From contig NW_003314368.1 of the NCBI RefSeq assembly GCF_000143415.4, positions 82,792-146,791 of the forward strand: a DNA stretch of 64,000 nt, written 5' to 3'. The stretch comes from Selaginella moellendorffii. Its lineage: Eukaryota > Plantae > Lycopodiophyta. A program made the position numbers and the translations under genes. A model generated the notes under the pieces. It was not told where the DNA came from. It saw only the letters and a list, made by a program, of their open reading frames with translations, and did no database searches. Shown here in pieces: positions 55,659 to 64,000 of this stretch (position 1 is the first letter of the stretch; the number at the start of each line of letters is the position of its first letter).

Positions 55659-58600
55659 TCATCCCCTCCTCTCGGAATAATGGAAGACCATCAAGGTTCT
55701 CTTGTAAATGGGCCAGGATCTAGAGGAATGTCAGGAGGAGGCATCGGCAGATCTGTAGGTGGTAATTGCTCTTGATCCCTTTGTATGAAGCATTTCAACC
55801 GTTGCACATGCACAATCTTTGGAGGATAGGCCTGCTGGACATCATGCCGAACCTCATAAATTTGTGGTCCAACTTGCCGCAACACCCGATATAGTCCTTT
55901 CCATTGTGCAAGGAGCCCCTTAAATAAACCACGTACCATAAGATAGGGAAAACAAACTAACACCAAATCATCCACTTTGTACTCCGCAGGTGGATGGTGA
56001 TGGGAGTTGTACCATCGTTGTTGTCCTACTTGTACACGGCCTAAGTGTTCAGCAGACTCCGGTCGGACAAGTGGAAGAATGCTCGTCAAATACTGATCCC
56101 ATAACCTAGCATCCGTAGCTCGTGGCAATTGCGAAGGTAAACCTAACTCCGTTGGTAATATTGGATCATGACCATATAGGAATTTATATGGTGAAGCACC
56201 AATAGAACTCTGCACCCCTGTGACATATGCATACTAAAGAGATGGCAAATAACCATCCCAATCCGAATGCTAAAAGTTTACATACTTCACAATCATCCCT
56301 TGAATGTCCGAACGAGCCGTTCCACCAGATCGTCTGATTGTGGATGATAAGCGCTCGTGAAAGTGTGGCGTATCCCCAACCGAGACGTCAAAACATGAAA
56401 TGCCTCAGCCATAAATGCGGGACTATTATCCGAAAGAATCTACTCTAGACAAGAATGCTGGAACACCACTCAACTGAGGAGGAAGTATCCAACAGCAATT
56501 GCAGAAGCGCTAGCAAGAGCACTAACTTCCACCCAACGAATTAGGTAGTCAGAAGCAATAATAACATACTCATTGCCAGCAATTGACCATGGAAAATGTC
56601 CCATAAGATCAAACGCCACCAACTCAAATGGATGGGAAATTGCAATTGACTCTAACCGTCCTTTCACAACCCAAGGGGGAGTATTACGAGCTTGGCACCA
56701 AACGCAACTATGCACATACCGGATAATATCACGTCGCATCTCCAGCCAATAGAAAGACTTGCGCAGCTTCTTAGTTACACGACGATGTCCCATATGCATA
56801 CCTAGAATAGGAGAATCATGGTAGGCATGGAGAAACCGCGGAATAAAAATAGAAGGCACCACCAGCCGTAAATGATCATCAGGATCCGTCCCCATAAAAT
56901 AAAGAAGGCCGTCTTCAAGGCAATATTGAGAATGTAAATGCCGGAAAGGCAAGTCATCAACAAGTGATGCAGGATTCTCAAACCCATCTCGAAGCTTTCA
57001 AATCCATGGCTCAAGCTTTTGAGCCTTGCGAACCTTGTCAAGAGAAGGTAGATCTTGCTCGGTGCCTTGTGGACACTGAACGTCAAGGACAGCAACCCCC
57101 GACAGCACAAAATCCTCGTTTAAAAAATCTACAAAGGCTGGAACAACAGGCTTGTCAGAAATATGAGAAGAGAATGGAGAAGGAAGAGGAGCTCGAGAAA
57201 GGGCATCAGCATCAGCCATAGAACTTCCTGGGCGATGAATAACATCAAAATCATATATCTGAAGCTTTAAAGCCCATCGAGCAGTACGACCAACCAGGTT
57301 CTTCCACTTCAATAATGAAGTAACAGTAGCATGATCACCTTCAAGTAACGTCCGAGAACCATGTAGATATGCATGAAGTTTCTCAAAACCCCAAACTGCT
57401 GCTAAACACTCCTTCTCTGTAGTAGAGTAGTTCATTTCCATTGGTTGTAATGTACGGTTTATATATGCAATGGGATGGCGCTGACTAAACACACTCGAGC
57501 TCTCTTGTATCAACACACCTCCAAGACCAATGTCAGAAGCATCCACGCGCAAAATAAAAGGTCAAGTGTAGTCAGGATATGCCAAAACTAGAGGAGTCGT
57601 CAATAGCTCTTTGAGATCCCCGAACGCCCGCTCACAATCCAAAGACCAGATGAAAGATGATGTTGATGACTTCAGCAATGCTCACAACGGTGCAGTGCAA
57701 TCAGAAAGATGATCCACAAAACGACCAAGATATTGCACCTTGCCTAAGAAGCGTTGCACATCATTCACACACTTCGGAATAAGGAACTTTAAAACAGCCA
57801 CAAGTTTGTCAGGATCAACTTGCAAACCCTCACGAGAAATACGGTACCCAAGATAAGTTGTATCCTTGGACCCAAACACGCACTTCGACCGCTTCAACTT
57901 TAAACCAATGTCGTGTAGTTGATCCAACACTTTACAAACATCACGAACGTGCTCCTCCCACGTCCCCTCTGAGTGGATCAAGACATCATCAATGAAGTCA
58001 GCAGTCACCTCCGGCATATCGCAAAGAACCTCGTCCATCATCCATTGGAAAGTTGCTGGAGCATTGTTCAAACCAAACGGCATCACCAAGAATTCGTACA
58101 AACTAAATGGTGTATGAAAAGCAGTCTTAGGAATATCTTCTTCAGCCATTGGTACTTGCCAGTACCCAGAAGCAAGATCTAGCTTGGTGAACCAACGACT
58201 TCACCCCAAACGATCCAAGAGATCAGCAGTGTGAGGAAAAGGGTACACATCTGGGATTGTCACTTCGTTTAACAAACAATAGTCAATGCAGAAACGAATA
58301 CTCCCATCAGGCTTCATCACAAAATGAGGTTCACATGCCCAAGGACTCCGCGACTTCCGAATAACACCCTTCTCTAATATCTTCTTGACATTTGCACGTA
58401 AAATCTGGATCTCCTTGGGTGACTGACGACGAATAGGAACCTTGATTGGATGAGCATCCCCGGTTGGAATTGGATGATGTGTGGCAATCTTGGCCCCAGA
58501 TGATAGGTCAAATTCAAAGAGATCAGAATACTCCTTCATGAGCCGGTCCACCGCTGCAACACAAAGATCGTCGGAGGGATCGGAAAATGGAAGAGCAGAA

Positions 58601-60302
58601 CAAGATGGAAACATAAGAGGAAATAGTGGGGGAACAAAAGTAATGGAAACAGAGGTAAAAGTAGAGGGATAAACAAGGACGGAAGTAAAAAGAATGGATG
58701 AAACATAAAGAAGTATGAGACAAGGGGGAGAAGCCTCAAAGTCACACTTGGCATGATTGCGCTACAACCAATCCATACCATGAATGAGGTCAAAAGCTTG
58801 ACTCAGCACCACCCGCAATGACTGCAACTCAAGCTCAAGATCGCCCACACGCACAACCAGGTCCGCCTCATCCTGTGCACATGCATGTGTACGGCCGTTG
58901 CCATAAAGAATGAAAACTGGTTCCACCGTACGATGCAAGTGTAGACAGCAACATGTGGCAATAGGTCGAGCAATAGAAGATAAACTCGAACCTGTATCAA
59001 CCAACACGGAGAGAATAATAGGAGACCTCATGTTATAATAACGAATTTATAAAGTAAACACTGGATGAACTGGTGCCGAGTGATGATACACCCGAAAGAA
59101 AGATGGAAGGGTCACTGACTTATTTGCCCAAGGTCCCTTCGTTACTCGCGTGACTCCTCATTTCCCAGATGCATCTCGGTGTCCAAACCTTCCACTGCAG
59201 TAGCACCAACGGGACATTGCTGACGCCAAGGTCTCCACCCAGGAAATGGAGGTCGCCAATCCGGAAAACTCCGACAATGCCGATAAGTATAACTAATTTC
59301 ATCACACACCCAGCAATGAACATCACGGCCATGACCACATCCTCGCCCTTGTCCTTGGACTCGAGCAGAAGCAGCATCAACCTCCATTGGAACAGGACCA
59401 TCACTTATAAGAAGAGGAGCTGAATGATGTGTAGCAAGAAGTGGAAGAGGCGATGTCTCATAACGTTGTGCCAAGCAAAGAGCATCGTTAAGGGTGGCAG
59501 GAGCAAGTGCATGCACAAGTCCGACAAGATTTTGATGAAGTGCTGGCCACAACATTCCTAGCTTGATCCACTCCGACATATTTGGCTCCGCACAAAGTAA
59601 AAGACTTCGAAAACGAATGCCAAACTGCATCACCAACTCAGATGGCCCTTGGCGAAGATGATGCAATTGTTGGAAATCATCATCACAATCATCGGCATGT
59701 CCGAAAGCGCGTTTGAAGACATCTGAAAGAACACTCCAATCCCCGTGAGTGGTGGCGCCCAAACTGTTGTACCATTGCAATGCCGTCCCTTGGAGACACG
59801 TGGGAAACTCATGCAAACGTCGAGCATCATCCCAATAATGATATGTGGCAATCATCGTGAAGTGATCAAAGCAATGGTACACATCATCCCCAGGATTCCC
59901 GCGAAAGAACTCTGGCCGAACGCGAGGATTGGCACAAAGAGCAGGAGGACTTGTACCATATGCCATGAATGCCACTATCAATTGAGTTTGGTTGTTCAAT
60001 TGCAAGCGCATAGCATCAAGCAATTATACCAACTGCTACTCCAGAGTCAAAGGAGGAGATTGCTGATCTGCCATGAAGACGAATGAAAAAGAAAGAGCAA
60101 AAAAAGAGAAAAAATCTAGAAGGAAATGGTAGATCTAGGCAATGCAAAAAGCTAGATCTAAACCAAAATCTTAAAAGGAAAAAACAAAAGAAAGGAAATG
60201 AAAAAAGCTAGATCTAGACAATGCAAAAGCTAAATCTAAACCAAAATCCCAAATCCAAACACTTCTTAGGGACAATCAAAGGTGCCCTTTAACTCCACCA
60301 AT

Positions 60303-60431
60303 GTGAGTGTTTGGAATATGGAAAAAGAATATAGAAAATATGCATATCCATTAGTCCAAAAAACCCTTGCTTATATATAAGAGCGAGTGGTCCATATTGA
60401 AGCCAATCTGACGGCTACCAAAATCCCACTA
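60303..60431 (-). repeat. Truncated 5' LTR
   Basis: Aligns to 55491-55611 up to ggctaccaaaatcccacta, then similarity stops. PBS adjacent. Confidence 0.75.
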
Positions 60432-60451
60432 CGGAGCTGAAGGTGGCTGAA

Positions 60452-60750
60452 AGTGGCATTTCCGTGGTTGCAACAAAAAAGGATATGAGGCATGCCTTAG
60501 ATTCCTCAAAACTCACATTTTACAAAAAGTATCCTCATACTCGTCCAGAGAGAGCAAGGTACTAATGGATATCACTTGGATATCACTATGTATATTTATA
60601 TTTCATTTTTTATTAGGAAAAGAAGCTTGTGCCATTCGGGAGAGAAAAGCTGGAAAACATTTTTGTTTGCTTCAACAAGAATGTCGACGGGAAAATCGAA
60701 AAAGATGAACTGGAGGCATTCATGGTTGGCCTTGGGATCGAAACAAACAG
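60452..60750 (+). pseudogene. Fragment of an EF-hand Na+/Ca2+ exchanger-like (NCL/EFCAX) gene
   Basis: FPWLQQKRI, then a frameshift, an intron (about 60559-60616) and EF-hand EKLENIFVCFNKNVDGKIEKDELEAFMVGLGIE. Resembles NCL PWIQRRR...ELKALIIGI. Confidence 0.5.
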
Positions 60751-62093
60751 GTACATGAGTCCCATTCTTTTGTCGCTCATTGTTTTGAGCACTTATTGTT
60801 TCGATTATATCAATATATATATAATTCCATTTTCATATTTTTGTAAGCAACCAATGAAAATGACTTGGAAGATGATCTATCGGGTTCAAATATAGAGAAA
60901 AGGGCTTATGAATAAGAGTGCACTCCCTTTTTAATCGGTTAAAAGTCGGGATATTTAGAATTAAATGTCATTAGGTTTGAGTAATACTGAATTGGGTGAA
61001 CTCTCAAGAAGTTTAAACTCAAGAGTTTATATTTGATATCAAAGAGGTTTCAAGTCTGACTTTATTAGTTAGCTAAAAGAATCCCACTACATGTTAATTA
61101 ACATTTGGCAAGTCTAATTTACTCCAACTAAAGTTTACCCGAGGGGTAGGGTGTTAATAGAATAAGGTTTTTAGCAAAGTTGTGATTTTTAACTTCTATT
61201 TATGAACTTACGTGGAAGTGTGGTGAATTGTAAACAATCAAAGAGAATTATTTGAAAAATGATCCATAAAATTCAAAAATAAAAGGAAAAGGGCTTATAA
61301 ATAAATTTTGGTGATGTCATATTGTCTGGGATGACATGTCATGGCCCATGCATACATGGTATGCCCCATGACAAAAATACTATACACACAATCATGCTTT
61401 GATTGCTTAATCAAAAAGTGATTGTTAGCATAATATTTTTTGCATGAAATTTTTAAAAAAAACATCCACACATTTGTAAATATATAATACTCCCATGTGC
61501 AATCATATATTCATTGCTATAGATTCAATCCAATGCAAATTTCTCAAAGCCAGAGCCAGATAGATCATGCAACAATTCAATCAATGCTAATAGAGCTCCA
61601 CTTTAGCACCATTGAGCTCTTGTTCTTGGCCAAACTAAAAATATCCACGAATATTTTTGGTTTGCAAATATAAAATATCCAAAAAGTTTGGCGAAGTTTC
61701 AAAAGTAACAAGGTCAGGAGCTCCTCAATAGTGCCAAGTGGAGCTATGCTGCTGCTGCCTGAATTGTTGCATGATCTATCCAGCCCTGAGAAACTTGCAT
61801 TGGATTGAGTCAACAGCAAAACGTCAAATCCAACCAAGAGCAATGGGAGCTGGTTGATCAGTAAGCATTGAAAGAACTTGTGAAAACTGGAAGAGGGAAT
61901 GGATTATTGGAAGAATTTAGCAAAATAAAGCAAGAAAAAAAAAAGAAAAAGCTACTCGTTAAAGAAAACAAAAAAGAATGAAAAGCAAAAAGGAAAAACA
62001 ACGTCTTAACTCTCACACCGGTGAATAATCCATTAAATCACCTTTTCAGGGATCTAATGGTCTCTAGGGTTTAGTCGCGAGTTGTGAATAGGT

Positions 62094-63230
62094 ATGGCAA
62101 AGGAAGAAAAGAAGAAGTCCACACGGAGGTACGCTCCTTACAAAGCCAGGACGTCCAAGAACCGAAGTCATGACATTGTGGAGATCTTGAGCAGGCTGAG
62201 GTACGCTCTGGTGTACGAAGATGGCAGAGTCTTGGAGGTCTGGGACATGGAGAGGGATCGCTTTGTCAACTACAAGCTGCCATATCCGTCCCAGATCAAA
62301 GGTAATTTGTGTGGAGCCGCGGGTGGAATCCTCTTCTTCAAGGAGCGGACAACTATATCGGCTTGGAATCCGGTGACTGGCTTCACCAAAGAGATCGATC
62401 CTCCATCACTGGACGCGGAGTTTCTCGTTATTGCAACGCCTATGTCCCACAGGCTGTGCAAGCTAAACTCGAGCCTCAAGCTCGAGGCAGTGGACGACGC
62501 TCCCCCGGCGCAAGAGTGGACGGGGATGTGCTACCTGGGCGATCGATTCAACCACGACTCGGGCATCAGGCTCGAGTGTTCCACACGCCTGATGTACTCC
62601 CACGTCCTTGACACTTGCTCTCTGCAAGCGCTGGACGTTTCGAAAGCCCACATTCTGCCAAGAACAATTGGTGTCCCCAGGCCCGTCAAAGGGCGCAGCT
62701 TTCATCTCCCTCCCAGCGCCGGGAGCGTCAAGTACCGCTTCTTCCAGCTCGAGCACGACGTTTTCGCGTGTGTTTCCATGGAAAAGCGTTTGCACTTCGA
62801 AGGGTGCGTGAGGATCTGGCTCTACACCCCCAACAAGAAAAGAACGAAGTTGGGAACATGTCCGGCTTGCCGTGCTACAAGGATGTCCCAGGGGCGCGTG
62901 GATCTGGAGCAGCCTTTCTGCGCTTGCAAGAGCAACGAGAACTGGGAGGATGTATCGAGATTGCCGGACAAGTACGTGCATGGGCTGATGGCGGAGTCGG
63001 GCTCGCAGGGTGGCGGCTGCAGCTGGTTTGCCTTTGGGACGGGTAACGTTGTTTTGGTGGCTTTTGTTTCCACCAGTGGCGATTTGAGTGGTTGCAAGGA
63101 CGTGTTTTGCTTCAAGCTGGCGTCAAGAGATTGGAGTCGTGTGGCCAATCCATTCAAAAGATCTCATGGTGTCAAATGGAACAACATGAGCTCCTGGTGC
63201 CCGAGCTACTATGATCTCGACATGGACTAA
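62094..63230 (+). CDS. Intronless F-box-associated/kelch-like protein (378 aa)
   Basis: Clean ORF after a telo-box (62066). Motifs GAAGGILF, AWNPVTG, WEDVSRLP, WSRV. F-box remnant DIVEILSRL. Confidence 0.65.
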   Translation: MAKEEKKKSTRRYAPYKARTSKNRSHDIVEILSRLRYALVYEDGRVLEVWDMERDRFVNYKLPYPSQIKGNLCGAAGGILFFKERTTISAWNPVTGFTKEIDPPSLDAEFLVIATPMSHRLCKLNSSLKLEAVDDAPPAQEWTGMCYLGDRFNHDSGIRLECSTRLMYSHVLDTCSLQALDVSKAHILPRTIGVPRPVKGRSFHLPPSAGSVKYRFFQLEHDVFACVSMEKRLHFEGCVRIWLYTPNKKRTKLGTCPACRATRMSQGRVDLEQPFCACKSNENWEDVSRLPDKYVHGLMAESGSQGGGCSWFAFGTGNVVLVAFVSTSGDLSGCKDVFCFKLASRDWSRVANPFKRSHGVKWNNMSSWCPSYYDLDMD

Positions 63231-63299
63231 GGGATATAGCATATATCCAGGGACATTCTTGTCTCAGTAACAGCTGTGAAGTTAATAAGAACACAACCA

Positions 63300-64000
63300 A
63301 AGAATACAAGATCTTATCAAAATTCAACACAAGATCTTGCCTTGTTACTCCAGCTAATCAAAGTCAATCGATCGCTGCTCCACTGTCCTCCATTTTGTGA
63401 GAACGGCATCGTCTCCACGATCTTCATCGCTTCTTCCAACCTGATTCCCACGGCCCAGAGAACCGGTATGCTCTGGAGCACTGGATCGATCTCGTACTGA
63501 TCACCACGTTGGTTTTGAGGCGGCCCTTGTCTTCCAACCTTTAAAACTGAGAAAACACGAGCTCGGTGCTTCAACCTGCTAGGAACGCGTATCCGGTCTA
63601 GGAATGGAATCAAATACCTGGTGAGCTTGAGACATGCTTCCACACTTGCCGTAAACATCCACCAGAGAATTTGCAACGATCTCATGGAACAGCGACAGAT
63701 TTCTCCGTGAAGTTTCCGTTCACTTTGCAGCGCTACCAGATTCGCAGAAGCATTGAGAGCAGCCACAAAAGTTCCAGAATCGGGCCGTCACGCTGCACAC
63801 GAGAGAACAAGTTTAGAGCCATCGCGACGTCACCGTTTTCTACATACCCCAACATCAAAGTGTTACCATGCATCCACCATGGTCGAGTACATTTCCACCG
63901 CGCGTTCATCACAAGGAGGTCCAAAGGAAACCCTTGCTCTTCGGCTTTTGAGTGAATGGCAACTCCTTGCTTCAACGAGAACGACATTTCCATCAACATC
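63300..64000 (-). pseudogene. Frameshifted PLS-PPR fragment, continuing beyond the window
   Basis: NTLMLGYVENGDVAMALNLFSRV, AALNASANL, LVDVYGKCGSM in different frames. Confidence 0.7.

Larger units (their letters stand above)
55491..60431 (-). mobile_element. Degenerate Ty3/gypsy LTR retrotransposon
   Basis: Order gag, protease VLVDTGSS, RT (PFGLNNAP, FIDD), RNase H (VDAS), integrase. 3' LTR 55491-55658 (TGTGAG...CTCACA) with PPT gagaggagggga. Partial 5' LTR 60303-60431 with PBS TGGTGGAG. Many stops. Confidence 0.92.

Noticed and set aside
60432-60517. CTCACA at 60512-60517 as the true end of the 5' LTR
   Set aside because: No similarity to the other LTR over 60432-60511, no TSD, and the sequence translates as NCL-like; probably coincidental.
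61577-61843. 88-aa ORF in AT-rich DNA
   Set aside because: Non-ATG start, no motif, no splice context.
1-64000. CRISPR arrays, tRNA, rRNA or prokaryotic operons
   Set aside because: None seen; the window is spliceosomal-intron-rich plant nuclear DNA.

Overview
Very compact land-plant nuclear DNA with many 45-110 nt introns and intergenic gaps of about 100-400 bp. The gene style (long PLS-PPR genes, intronless F-box genes) suggests the lycophyte Selaginella; this is an inference. About 23 protein genes are supported: HDA5-type deacetylase, 4CL-like ligase, ARM/TPR protein, RPS19, ETR1-like ethylene receptor, F-box, CASP-like, AAE13, USP, extensin, PNC, SWC5, a small membrane protein, a hevein peptide, EMB976-like P-PPR, TPR-SET, villin, SYP3, PLS-DYW PPR, bZIP, tafazzin, BTF3, FIS1 and an F-box-associated protein. 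There is also a decayed Ty3/gypsy element and several pseudogene pieces. Best observations: (1) a tandem pair of intronic H/ACA snoRNAs in SWC5 whose two pockets match two 18S rRNA sites; (2) two decayed copies of a Crinkler/RHS-like NTPase+REase gene, each next to an F-box gene; (3) a deletion-riddled mosaic at 15.6-19.2 kb built from four neighbouring genes; (4) an ETR1-type receptor lacking the phospho-accepting His; (5) a 10-Cys hevein with a fungal-style C-terminus; (6) two U12 introns, two GC-AG introns, a tail-to-tail CDS overlap and a frameshifting 23-nt duplication in the EMB976 homolog. Family names come from motif recall, not database searches. Exon boundaries were read by eye.
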